Assembly: GCA_965637545.1 (NCBI GenBank)
Contig: OZ281497.1
Coordinates: 25,668,001-25,732,000, forward strand
Length of the DNA stretch: 64,000 nucleotides
Direction of reading: 5' to 3'
Source of the DNA: Phallusia mammillata
Lineage: Eukaryota
Within the stretch, counting starts at the first letter, position 1. The number at the start of each line of letters is the position of its first letter. A program made the position numbers and the translations under genes. Below the pieces are notes generated by a model. The model did not search any database. It worked only from the letters and a program-made list of their open reading frames with translations, and was not told the DNA's origin. Below are positions 32,365 to 46,000 of the stretch, piece by piece.

Positions 32365-35300
32365 TCAGTAGCAAGTGTACTTCTTCAACGATTTTACGCA
32401 GGTGCTTGCGCATGACACAGTGCAACACCAGAAAAAACGACAGTCGCAGGCCTCCTCTACGGTATAGTTGATCGTTCGGTAGCCTCTTTTGCAGCAGAGG
32501 TAGTTGCAATTGCGCGGGCTTTTTGGGTCGCGATCGCACTGCCGTCCGTGTGTTCCAAACGAGCCAACACGATTATTGTTTTCGCAAAACAAGGGCGAAT
32601 TTCGTAAGTAAACCAGGTCCCGGTAGAGAGGTTTTCGCGGGTGGGTCACTATGGTTCCCCGTGGCTGTTTCAACATCAGAGATAGTGCCCGCTTTCTTGA
32701 TGGATCCCGGTAGATGCTGACTTTTTTCGCGTATTTGAATTTCAGTCGTAAGATGTTGCCAACCTCCCGAAAGGTAGGCAGGGTATTCCAACAGGTACTC
32801 ATCGTGCAGGAACCTGAAACTCCATGACATCGACATTTTCGTTTCAAGTTGTTGCTGACAACCTAAAAAATAACAATGGTTTTGTTTTAGTTGATGTAAG
32901 ATTATATGATTTCTGTGTTTTGCACGAAGCGATGTTAAAAAGTTAGCTGTTGGCGCGAAATCCAAACAAAGATCAAAGGCTTGACAAGACAGTTTCCCAA
33001 TTAGATGATTCATTTGTATCTTTTTGATAATTTAACTAAGTATGTGTAACGTGGGGCATAATTAAGACATTGCTGTGACATTTACTTGATTAAATCTAGT
33101 GGAGGTTGTTTGAATTATGTGAAGCATTTTGAGTTAAGTTTTACACCTAGATTTGGCTGCTTGAACTAAAATCATCTGCTTAGGTTTCAAAGTAGTTGTT
33201 CTGTATATCTTAGGCTTTAATGTTTGCATCTACTTTATTTTGTATGTTTTTGTGTTGTGTCATTAGGTTTATATGCAACAAAAACATCTATTTAAGGTAC
33301 AGCACATGTATTTTTGTGCAAAACTGAGCAAAAGTTGGTAACGTTTTACATATGTCTGGAAGAGTGGAAGTGACACCTGGATATTTTATGTGGAGGGACA
33401 TGAGATAAGTCTACTGGAGTTGGTGTCAAGCATTGATGTGGGAACAGAGCTAAAGGTATTTAAATTGTTTCAACAAACAGCAACACTAAATGTCTACTGC
33501 AGTTTAACAGAACACACCATACAGTATTGTGTATCTAAGTTGTAGGCATCACCAATAAAACATATACTATGTAGTAAACAAAGGATGATTATTGTTAAAT
33601 AAATAGCAACAATAAATGTGTTCAACAGTTTTACTGAACACAACCTGGTATTGTGTATTCCAAGTGGTAGGCATTATCAATAAAAGAAAAAAAATGTATT
33701 CAAGAAAAACCCTATAATTTTAATGCAACTTAACTTGTGTGTACACTGACTTCACATGGTACAATAAATACCAAAATAGGCAACAAATATATTTAACTCA
33801 CCCTGCGGCCAACTTCATAATTATGCAAGTTCATCAAAGAGCGATCGGTCTTCCGAATTTCTCTTGCATCAACGAACGCCGTCGAAAAGTTGTTTCCAAA
33901 ACTCATGTCGGCCGAGCAGCCGCCCCATCGCCACACTCGAATTTTGCGCTGCACTTGGTGCGGGGAGCGGCGTTTGGGCGTTCTTCGGTAGCGCAACGAG
34001 CTCTTCTTGGAGTCGCAACCGCAACCGCTGTTTTGGACGACACAAAACAATGCAATTACACACACGCATCGGAAAGGTTAAGGAGCTTAAGTGGTCGTAG
34101 AACCGCGCACGGCGTGAAAGTTTTGACGGTGATTGAGTGAGCGGGCCGAACCGCTACAAACTGTCACTGTTGACTGGCGACGTGTTCATGTGTTTTAAGA
34201 AAAGGTCAAAACGCGGGTGACAATAGCATCCGATAAATGTCCTCTACCACGCAGAGGATTTTGCACAATTTTTGGTCCAATGTGAAATAAAGTTTTTCGT
34301 TACCGGTAATTTTTAAAATAAGCGTAAACGTCAAACTTATTGTGCCCACAGACAAGTTTATCTACATGAGTTGAGTTAATTTTGCTCGGGTTAAAAAAAC
34401 TAAGCAACACAATTGCATTAAATTATACTGTATTGTGGTGTATAATGCACTGAAAGGTTTGTATTTTTTCGGTTCTGGGTTTTCAAAACGCAAAACGAAC
34501 TTTTAAGCGTCAATGCAGCAATTTCAGTAGATCTTAATGATTTAAGAGTAATATACACACGAATCTCTACATAATTCTTATGAGTTTTTATAGTAGACAA
34601 GATATAACGCGGCTATAGTCACATTCGATTTTGGACGTCATTTACTTTTAAATGATCATTTTGTTACAAAACACGTTATTTTCAGGTTTGTCAGACTCAC
34701 TTGATAGATCCTTTCCCACACGCTGTTACGATGGCGTGGAGAACTCCAGCGGACTTGATGGCTCCATCAAACGCAGCCTCTTTGGTCCCTGAAAGCAATG
34801 ATGAAATTTTAAATGAAAATTGCGACAGATAAGACAGATAGGGTAAGGTGATGTAACTTAAGATATACTGAATAGCCTAGAAAACTGATATAAGGTTCAG
34901 TGAGCCAATTTGGTATTTCAGTAAATACTAGCGTCCAGTTTAGTGTAACTTGCAACTGGGTTTTCTATTGTGCAGAAAGTTTTTGCTGATGTTAAAAATC
35001 GAATTAACCTCACGGAGTCCTTTTATAACTCGCGGATATTATTGAAAGCACGCATGCAACACAACACTGTTCCTGTCAGGCCCCAGTAAAAGCTACATAT
35101 AAGTTGTAAGGGCTCATGCGTAAATATTCTATCCTTTGAGACTGAAAAATATTAATGCTGAAATTGCCGAGTAACACCTGTTCATTCTTTTCCTTTAATA
35201 CAAATGAGACAACATCTAGATATGGATGGAATTTAAAAACTCCAGAAAATGTATCGCACCAGCGAGTATTTGTTTCATACCATACGCCCTGGCTCAAGCG

Positions 35301-38300
35301 AATACAGTTTTCCATTTTTGTCGATCCTAGTGGCCTAAAATAATGTGAGAGCGATGCCTTTGCACGGTAGTAGTTCCTATGTTGGATGTTTATGTGTACA
35401 GCGCACTGAGCGTGAAACTCTCGCGTGATCCGAAGTTTGGAAAAACGCGCGGGCCAAATGTCTTGTGTCTTTTCGTTGCGCCAAAATCGAAACTGAATTA
35501 TGTGCTGCGCTACCGGACGTGTGTGGCTTTTCAGAGCTTGGAAGTCACCACACGGGGTCGCTAGGGCGGCAGGGTTGACGTACTCGGGACTAAATATTTT
35601 GACGTTGCATGCGTGCATGCGATTAGGGTGATTTCTTTTGTTTGCAAACAAATGTTTCGTACAATGTTAGGAATGAGACGGCAGACGTTATACGCTCAGG
35701 CATAGTTGTACGCCAGGTTGGGCTTTTAGGGTACTCTGGCACATTCATGGCCATAGTTTTATCTTTGTAAATATTACATTCTGGCCTATTTTTGGCTTTA
35801 TTAGTTTAAATCGTGTTTAGGACGGGTTTCAGACTTACTTACAACGCGCTCAGAAATTAAATGTGAAAAGCATTCGTTCATTTTGTTCCAAGACAATCAT
35901 GCTACAACTTTGCTATTTTTTTACGAAATATTATTTCTGCATACAAACCAAACTTGACAATGACTGAAACACCAGCTTTCCTTCTGTAGAAGTTATAAAT
36001 GCCTTGAACCTTTAGTCCAGTCATTGCCCCTTGGACCCCCACACCTATGATTAATCCCCTGCTAGTGGGTCTTCAATCGAAATGTGCCGTTGTTTAGGTT
36101 GGTGCGAATGAAGCTGAACGATAAACAAAACCACACCTATTTGTAACCCCTTCTAACTAGTTCAGTGAAGCTTGGTTGGCTGACAACGTCGTTCAGTCAA
36201 AGCAATTAATCTTAGTTGATTTCGATCAAGTTTTCGTCGCTGTTTCGGGTTCGTGTTGTCGACCCCGCTATATTCGATTTGATTTGTAGCTCAGAGGTTG
36301 ACCTATAAAAGCTCATAATTTCTGTTTCCCAACTTTATGATTGAAGCCGTTTGTTTTTGCTGCCCTCTTTTGCATCAAAAGCTAGATTTTTTTGGCTTGA
36401 TACTGAATTCACTGTTTAAACCTTGCCTTTGCTGTTGTTTGCCTTCCAGCATAGGCCAATCACGCAGGGATTTAAATCCTAATTTACGATCAGCATCAAC
36501 GCGTTTTTGCTCATTGTTTGTCACGCAAGCGAATGACTGCTACTTCCAACTATTTTATACTGTCCGCGAATAAAATAAGTGCGACCTGATTGATTTGACG
36601 CAGGTTGCTAGGGTTTGACGACAGTGGAACGTTTGCCTTCTGTCAATCAAACCCGAATATACCCAAACTTGCTTTAAACTTGAACGTTCCGTGGGATTGC
36701 GGGTATGTTAGGATAGGCTTGATTCGTCGTTGATGACAAGTTATTGGCGTCAACTCCGTGAGTCGGAAGCAATATACGCTGCTACGTTTTGTCGCAATTA
36801 GCCGTAACGCATTTTTTGCTGTTGGAACGTGCATATTTGCTAAGACTTTTCTAGCCTGTGTCTTTACATATGGGAAATGCGGCTTGATTCAGTATGACGC
36901 CTTTAGCGGGCCTGGCGTATTATGATGAATACATGGTTGTTTTTGCACTCTAGGTGACCGCGTACTATAAAAATGTAAGGTATTCAAAATCATAAACCCT
37001 AAACGTAAATACAACTTATTTCGCAAACTGGTCATTCGGTGATAAGATACGAAAAAATGACCATTAGTTTTCCCCTTAGAGAAGCCCTTACCCTATTCAG
37101 TAAATCATTTATTAAGTAGGAAATCTACTGCACTGCACTTCGCCCTGTCACCCTTTACTCATTCAGTAGAAAAAAATCGTGAGAGAGTTTAGCGTTGACA
37201 GACAAGATTATCCGAAGTTTCCACGGGGCTTGGCGCATCTGAAAACACCGACCACGGTTTTGCTTTCGAGTCCCATAACTCATTCTTAAGTTCATAAACA
37301 GGCCCCAAAAGACACCTGGCGAACCCAGCCCCAGAAGTAAGATGTCCCAATACGCGTTGGCTCGCATCTTGGGTGGCATTTAACCGCGGTAACTCTTCAA
37401 GCAAAAACGAGTTTGTAAACATTTAGGACACGGGGATGATGCCTAAGACGCGTGGTAAAATTCTGGCGCAAGCAATCCAAGTCGTTCATCAAATTTTTTT
37501 ACAGCAATGCTGCGTTTAGGTATTGGTGAACTTTAACCAAACTACAACGCAGTGGCGATATAAAAATCTGTAAGACAAAACCTTGGCATCACCTTATTTC
37601 ACTAAGGGTAAACAACGTTGCAATTGGCAACAAGTCGTTTATCACATTTTTACAGCGATGCTGCGTTTAAACATTGGTGAACTTTAACCCAATTGCAGCG
37701 CAGTAGTAAGTCGCGGCTTGACTCTGAAACTCGGTAAGACAAAACCTCTAACTGGCATCACCTCATTTGGCAAAAGGTAAGCAATGCTGTAATTGGCAAT
37801 TTAGTCTCAAAAAAACTAATTACGGAACTATGCAACCCAAAATAGTGGTGGTTATGTTAGCCACTCGACACCATACAAATGTTAGTTTTTGTGAAACCAT
37901 AGAAGACCGCACCCCTGTAGTCGCATGACGAATCACCCAATAGCGTGTGAGGATTGGTTGGGAAACTACGTCTTGAGTGATGGGCAGCTGTTTGCAAGAG
38001 GAAATGCGCTGTTTGCCTTGTGTTGTGTACATGTTAAGGTGTGGCACTTTGCAAGCGCTGCTAGAAAACGCATGCTTGCATACTTTTAGGTTGTAACAAC
38101 CGAGTCTTGAGATAACGGGGTTAAATTTGTTCGCTAAAATTAAACCAAATTCGAGAATTAAAATAATTTTACACTGTGGTTTGTTTGGGCCGTTTGTGCT
38201 ATTTTGGAATCAAAGAAACATTTACAACGTGAAATTGCGTTTACAGGCGACACTTACAACAAAACGCTCAAAAACATCATGACGAAGATTTTGTTGTGGT

Positions 38301-40159
38301 GTGTTTTTCAATGTATTGACATAGTGACCTGTTGACATCAGATAAACACGATATCTTATACAGTTGCAACACTTTGAGGGCGCAAACATGTCGATTTTCC
38401 GATATCGCCGTTCTATTTTAGTCTCCCCCGACACACGACTAAGTCGTCGACACCACCTTTAGCCTTTATTTTATTTTGCCACAAGCCTACGTGTTGTATT
38501 TGAGCTATTCTACCCGAATTTCGCAACCCTTCTCGAATCAGTCATCAGTCGTATCAAAAACCGTCGCAACTTCCCTATCCAAACTGATTGGATCCCCCGT
38601 TTTCGACGATAACGCCTTGTTTTTGTGCCTTTTCCGGCGGCCGCGCAACCCAAACTGGCGTAGTCTTATCGTTTGAGCGTTTGATTTGTCGACGAGCGCA
38701 AAAAAACACGCCGAAAAAGCAAGGAAAACAAGCCAGACCTAAGACTTGTTTCGCCTCAAAACTGGCGACAGCTCTGCGAAACACAAGGTGGTCGGTTTGC
38801 GGCCAAAGTGCCGATTGCACCGCAGGAATGGATCCGATTCAGAAAATGCTGATTGGAACTTGGCCTGTTGACCACCATAGTCGCACGAGCGAGATTTCGA
38901 AATTTTAGACTTGTTATTTGGTGCTGATATGCGAATTGGAATTTGTGTAGAAAATAACAACTTTGGGGAATCTCATTTGCACATAAATTCCAAATCACAT
39001 AACAGTACTAATAAACTAGACAAAACTTTCAAAATCACTAGAAACTTTTAGAAATCTAACTTTTGTTAAGCATTTGACCTAATGCGTTTTTGTGTCTTCC
39101 AATTCATAATTCAAACTTTTTGGTACATAATTTTAGTTGCTCACGTATGTAGATAACGCTGCATAGAGTAGGATTTTGAAAGTACCCGATTCTCGTCAAA
39201 AAAAATGCAACCAATTGACTTGGGACCACCAGTGCACTGCTATAGGTAATTTCCCACTAACGCCCAATTCTCCGAACTGCATAATAATTTTGCCAAGTCT
39301 CATAGCCTTTCGTCTACTTGGCACTAAAAGCAAAAGCAATTTTAACTGATTTTCAGTCGCCGCAAGTTTAAATTGTCAAGTCGGAACAAATAACTTTCGG
39401 TCTAACCCGTGAAAAGCGGATGAATCGGTTGGCAGATGCTGAATGGGAAAGCCGGCGTGGTATTTTGGAACTCGAGACTGAACATCAACAAACAAAATCG
39501 ACAGTAATTGACTTTTAATTAACTCGGTGTCTACCATTATAGCCACAACATGCTCTCTTTCGAACTCCAGTCGTAGTGTGGTTTACGGTTAGTTATGATG
39601 GGGCCAAGTAATTTTAAACCTAACCTATTTATAGCAACAAACAACTGAATTTTGCAAGTTTATTGCGAAATAATGCTAAAACCCCTTTGTCTAGCTTTAT
39701 AGAAATTAAAAAAAAACTTTGTTTAGATACAAATTTTAAGGATTTGAAATCATTTATCTTGATCAAGGCTCCTTAACCACTTTACTGCCCAATTTTTAAA
39801 TTAAAAAGTCATTTAGCATGAACCTGATTTACTGTTAGACTAAATACGCACTATCCGCCTAATTTTACAGATCGTTTACTGCAAAAGTCCTAAGTATATA
39901 GAGCCAATTTATATAAGACTCATAGCTCTTACCGATTCTCAACTCCGGACCATACATGCTTGCGTTGCCTTTTGCCGTGCAATTCCACCGACTATCCCGA
40001 AATTGGTATTTGCATTCTCTCGAAGCCATGTTCATCCCTTGGCTGACGGCAATGATCGTATTCGGTCGAGCTTCGCACATTGATATTTGAGGAGGCGTCA
40101 TCCCTTTGATATTGTTGCAAATCTCGTACGAGCCCTGGGCAGCCACCGATGACAAAACT
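32365..40159 (-). CDS. WNT7: Wnt7, exons 2-5 (mature ligand)
   Basis: Exons 39933-40159, 34701-34788, 33802-34027 and 32365-32862 join in phase (1, 2, 0). VLSSVAAQGSYEICNNIKG..ECKYQFRDSRWNC..GPELRI|GTKEAAF..WRWGGCSAD..FVDAREI..LMNLHN..CRCHGVSGSC..TCWNTLPTFRE..RKP..DLVY is closest to recalled WNT7A/B (SSVVALG..IC, FVDAREIK, TCWTTLP.FRE, RKPM.TDLVY). The palmitoleoylation Ser motif is intact. Confidence 0.94.
37478..37800. repeat. Two-copy ~153-bp degenerate tandem duplication in Wnt7 intron 2
   Basis: caagtcgtt.atca.attttt.acagc.atgctgcgttta...attggtgaactttaacc...gtaagacaaaacc..tggcatcacct starts at 37478 and 37631. Confidence 0.75.
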
Positions 40160-43030
40160 CTGCAATAAATACGCAAGTTAATTTTAGTTTTGTGAAGGTT
40201 TTGTCCACAGCGATTGGCGTTGTACGTTGGTTGGATAAGGGCGTAGGTTCCCTACACCTTTTGGATTTGAATATCTTATTATTGATTTAAACAATAACCA
40301 GTTTTGTCATATTGTTGTTTTGAATAGTGAAGAATAATTTCAACAGATCTTGTGTCCACCAAGAGTCGCCATTTTTCATGTCATTGGTCTTCGTGTGCGT
40401 ATCTTTGTGTGTTCGTTATTTGAAGTCGTCCTACCGGGTCCGTTTCCGCCGTTTGGTTATATTGTGGTGAGTTGAATAGTGGATGGTAGTTTGGTGGCTG
40501 TTTTCCGCGTTAACTTTACTCATTTTTAAATATGTTTCAGCAGTTTTGTGAAGCATTGAATAGTTAATAATTTTAAAGCAATTTTGTTTGATACGAAAGG
40601 TAGCAGTAATGTATCACATTGTTCATGTTTAAATTTTGATTCTATAGAATACGAATTGATAATATTGTGTTGTATTGAATAATGGTTGATGGTAGTTTAA
40701 ACAAGTTTCCACCAAGAATATTCAAACGAAGGTTATTATTTTTGTAAGGTCAAATTGGACATGTTTTTAAAGTTGTGTCTGTACGAAATAAATAACACAT
40801 ACGAATTATTTTTTATAGTATCAGCATAAAGTTGCTGGTAACTTTGCGAAACAACAATATATTGTAAAAAAGAGAGATGGACTTGAATTGGAAGTTAACT
40901 TTTTAGTGCAATTTTTAAAAATATCATTTTCCCTTGGGATTTTTTACTTGAACCACCACACCCAACATTCATAAGAAACCAGACACTACAGGCCGCATAA
41001 TTCCTCGCATTCTTAGATCAATTTTCCTAAGCCAGAGGTCAAGTTATTTTTGCGGGCAAATGCAACGTTCAAGCTGTGTTGTAGTTTAGTTGCCTACATG
41101 GGCTTGCCAAGAACGTAACCGAACATCAAGGAAATCCTTAAAACGTGACCCAACTCTACCCCACCTCCTATACACTGTACTCCTATTCCACATATGTTTG
41201 TGCGGGAATATCGTGCCGGCGACGATAATTGCTTTTCCTGCGTGTCTCCTTACAGCAGCTAAAACAATTTGTCGTCTATTCTCGCCTGCAGGCAATGGAA
41301 AGTAATATCTACCCACCCCCAGCAGTGTGTGAACTGCGAAAGATAGCCTTACCCTTTTTATGGGGTAAAAACGTCATTTTACCCCGGCAAGTACATCGCG
41401 TGTCCCCTGCGATGTGGCTTTGATTCTCGTTGTATTTGGCCCTAAAAGTATTTGCATGCGCGGTGTTGAAGTTAGCCAGCGTGAAATGTCGGCAGATTCT
41501 CCTTACTTTTCACCGAAATTCACATTTTCACGGTTTCTACCAGGGTAAGTTTAATAAACGAAACGCTTTAAGAATGTATGCGTGCGTCTGAGAGCGACAC
41601 GATAACCCTGAAAGTTTTATGTATTTCTGGACATACTTGCGGACCTAACCTTGTGCGGAAACTCTTTTTAAGTTTTGAATGTAAGTTAATCTGTGTTTTT
41701 AATTGCGCACAGAAAAAAATGCAGATTCAATTATTTTGTCTATAGCAGTCGAATTGCAATAACGGTGTTAGTATTTAAGTACTGAGAGATATTGTAAAAT
41801 TCAATTATGTTCTTTGGACTTGCCTATTCTTATACACAGTCTTGCTAAAGGTGGTGTATTCCTTTGTGAGATTATGACAGTGAAACAGTTTGCACGTTAC
41901 AAGTACGCGAGTTTGCCCTCTGCACATTACGTGCCGTTCCAGTTCGCGCTTAGGCTATACAAGCAACGCGTGGCAACGTTCGTGCACCTCACACGTGTAT
42001 TTACATCACAACCATCGGTAAAACGCCAAGGTCGGTTTCGCCCGTGGCAAGCCGTGTGTGATGCGTCAACGGCTCGCAGACAACTTTCCTACCCATATGA
42101 GTGCCTTTGCAGCGCCATAAGTTTACCCTGGAAACGAGTTGAGCACCTACTGGGCCACGGTTCAATTGCAAGTGCTAAAGCGAGGCTAACACGATATGCC
42201 TGGGCATAAGGAAGTGGCATAGTGCATGGTATAAACAATGCACTTTCCTTGTGCGTCTATTGTCAAGTCTTGGCAGTCGTCTAGGAAGCAATGTGGTCAT
42301 GCCAGTATGCGGCTCATTGCCACAGCTATTGCTCGCGCCTGTGCAGTAATGCCTTAACAGTATTTTCGCTTGTTGTGACGACTCGTATCGAAGGCGTCGA
42401 GTTACCAAGATGACGCAGGGCGCTAAACAAATTTGGAAACACTACGACACGTTTCGGCTACTTTCGAAGATCGAATACACAGACGGAACATTGTTAAACA
42501 TGCATTTTACCGTGTTTCGCCTTCCTGTATGTATAAAGGGAGCCTTTCGTCACAGTTATAGACATTTTTAGATCGTTAAGTCAGCGCTACATTCACTATA
42601 AAGTTACATCACAGTTTTTAACATCCGCAAGTGCAAACAAAGAACTGATATAACTTTTTGAACAATCCTTTGTGTAATTTTAAGCATAAAATGTCGTGTA
42701 AGTATCATAACCAAAATCTTGGTAGTAAATTTTTTAAATTGCGTTATTGCATTTTCTAACTTGCACCAATTGATCTGTGCAGAGCTTTACCTCAAAATTA
42801 ACAACATTGTCCTTTTGTCAATTTATTAACGTTTAGGCGCTATTGGGAACGAGACATTTTTGATCGAGATGAAACAGAGTGCTTAAAGTTTGTCAGGTGA
42901 TGCCACACTATACGCTGTACGCTTTTATGTGATGATTAGGTCATACTAAAACCAGGTGTGTATTATTACATTCTCTTCCAACTTGTTGACATGCTCTGCC
43001 ACATTGACGAGTGCGTTCGCACGTTTATAC

Positions 43031-43098
43031 ACGTCATCCAAGTTCATCAAATACATCAATACAAAACCGACCACCACAAAACCATTTTTTATCCTCAT
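43031..43098 (-). CDS. WNT7: Candidate proximal first coding exon of Wnt7 (MRIKNGFVVVGFVLMYLMNLDDV)
   Basis: ATG at 43098 directly after a CAG acceptor; signal-peptide-like; phase-2 donor GTATAA at 43030 (the same hexamer is used as a donor by ATXN10 at 22622); alternative phase-2 donor GTATTT at 43054. 68 nt, close to the ~71-nt vertebrate exon 1. The donor is weak. Confidence 0.4.
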
Positions 43099-46000
43099 CT
43101 GTCTTCAACGAAAAAAAATTTCACACTTTAATACTATGTGCAATGGTGAAGATGCGAAGGTGGTATAAGGTCAGGGTTTCCGCGCGTAACGCACGAAACA
43201 CAGTATATGCGTTGCATGGGGCGTAAAACGGCGGATTAATATCGGTTTAGCACCTTTTGTCGTACGCAAAATCTCCATAAACTTACGTGCATTCGGTCAG
43301 ATGAAGGTGTTTTTGTGGTTTAAAGCCGCGAATGAGTGTGAAAATCAAACAGGCCGCCCGAAGTTTTAGTGGTTTGAAGTTTAATGGGCAACTTGGATTG
43401 ATGTTTCGAGCGTTCCTATTATATTACTCTGTCACAAATCGTCTGTCGCGTTTTACTACAAGACGAAACCGCTTTTGTGTGTTTCGCTGTGAATTATATA
43501 TAGATGTTAAACTTTATAGCTTTAAAATTAATCAAAAATCACGCGATGGTCACAATTTTATAAATAGTTGACTGTTTGCTGGAATTGACTGTATGTTTCT
43601 GCGTATGGGAATGTATGGGATGTATAACACATGTTGTTGTTGTAACACTTGTATCCATCAACCATTCGGCAAATCTGTTACATTACGCGGTAGGCGACAA
43701 GTTACATTGGAAATTTGGAAGTGTTTATTTCGTTGCCAACCTACCACTGATAAATCGTGTACATAACCATTCTCCTATCTCGCACTGCGAATTACATCAT
43801 AGTGAGATATTGCTCTTGGATACAATGTTAGCATTGGATTTCTTTGTAAGCCTTGTTGCTATGAAAGTTTATACGCGAGCAAGTTTCAGGGAATTGCCGA
43901 GAAATATCCCGTCTTATCAACATAGACAACATGCGCTATGTGTTTTACAACCTTTAGTAAGTGTGTGGCGATTTTTTCGCTCAACTCTCAGGTTTTATTG
44001 ATGTCAAACAATGAATAAAATATGAAATTGAAAATTATATCGTAAACCTTATACGGACTGCTACGAAATAGTTTTGGGCAAACATTTGGTTTGGGGATTA
44101 GGAGTTAGGAATATTGTTCAGGTACATTCGGCAAAATACTTTGATTTGTTTCGTAAACGGAAGAATTGCCTAAACATTAGATAACGTCCCTTCTTGTGCA
44201 ACAAAAACACAAATTTGTTTAGCAGATATTTTCGTACTAAAAGTAAAAACTTGTCATATGATCAAAAATCCAGGTCAAAACAAATTTTTAAAAACACCCT
44301 CAATACTACTTTTGTCGAAATTTGTAAAAGGTCAAATCAAAACCAAGGTAGCTTTTGAGTTTAAAGTTCCCGATTTCCGCAGTTTTTCTTACTTGGAACT
44401 CCCACCCATGTGATACAACCCCCTGTGTACAACCTATTTCCCAGTAACCCACACCCCGGCTATTAACTCTCGCATGTTGTTGTTGCCGCCAATTTGCCCC
44501 AGCTGTGATTTTTCGTGCACAAAACCGGTATCTTTCCATATTAAGCCGTTCAAAGGGTTTCACCATCTTTGCGTGGGCGGTTAGAGGCCCCAAAACAGTC
44601 ACGTGATCATTAACACGTGACACCTTTGATCTGCTGGCACTGGGCAATAATTTCGCGTAATTGTAAACTAAGCGGCGCGGTCTACGAAAATGTTCGCGAG
44701 AGCCCAAGCGTAAAATGACTTGCTTCTGTGCACGCGCCGAACGTGATTTCAGGCGATGACCCTTAAGGTTTGCTCAACTGTGTTTGTTTTGTCATTTTTA
44801 CCAGGGCTCGTGCTTTTGTATCTGGTCAAAACACAGGAACCTTTTCTACAAAACTTCACAAAATGTGTGCTATTTGATCAAATTCAGTGTTTCAAAGTCT
44901 GGAAATAAACGCAGTGTTAATGCAAACCGTGACTCAGCGATTATATATTACTTCAGCAATAAACTGGTAAAGACGCGACGAAGGCTATGAAATTAAGTTT
45001 GGCAGTTAATCTTTATTGATAAAAAGCTTTCCCTATTCCAAGAAGTAATTGCATCCACATTTTGTGTCTAAACGTTTAAATTAACGAATCAAGTTACATC
45101 GAAACTATTCGTTTACAAAAAAATCACGCGTTTCAGGTTTTCTACGGCAAGGTACGTACTTCACGTTGGCATGGCGACGTGGTCGAATAATCGACCATCA
45201 AACAGAAGCCGCTATCGTTTAAAGTGCAACACACACGTAAGAGAAACATTCAACACAAAAACAAACTGTCTGTGTGCGACCCCACATTCATACTTCGCAT
45301 CGACAAAGGTAGATTACGTAACTGTGGTTATGTCGTCACAATGCTAAGAGATATTTTAAACTGTTGTTGCGTCTCTTCGGTGCTTGAGACCCGATGTCAA
45401 ATCGACTTTCGTTTACATAGGGACGTTGCCTTTTAACCAAGCCGAATACCGATACTGTTTGTCGTAGGGAAAAGCGAAACAAATGTTGTTTTGACTTATT
45501 CGAACACACAATGGTAAAAACTGGACCTTCAACTATTTTTAGGGTTATAAACGAGTAAAAATGACTGGGATTTCTAAAATGACGTTTTCGTTTGGCAATA
45601 CTGTTTACGTTGCAATTGAACCCTCAGTAAAGCGACACAAACACGTTATTTCGCCGCCAAACCATTACATGTTTTGATCTACTAAAAATGGAAAAGCGCT
45701 CAGGTACACTAATAAAAGTAGGTAGGGATATAGTACTACCAGAGCGACTCTTTTTTATTTCTAGGCATATCCCTGTTGTTTCAATGTGGGTAGCAAACAG
45801 TTTATTGAGTGTGTTTTGCGTTTGCTAGCTAGGATTGCTCACACAAAACCTTTAGGTCGTTGAAAGGCACGTCATAAAAATATTGGTTTCATATAAAACC
45901 TGTACTCATGATACAGACATCGTCCTTAACCAACGTGCGCTCATTAGAGACAATTCCAGTTGCGGATAATACATACTAAACTGAAGCTTTCAGTACACTT

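Noticed and set aside
35076-35651. 191-codon minus-strand ORF in Wnt7 intron 2
   Set aside because: TTG start, no recognisable domain, no convincing splice sites and no codon bias; long for this base composition but unsupported.
42946-43098. Standalone 50-aa secreted peptide, or a longer Wnt7 exon 1 using the GTATGA donor at ~42946
   Set aside because: That donor yields TA|A (stop) when joined to exon 2; the ORF is better explained as exon 1 plus intron read-through.
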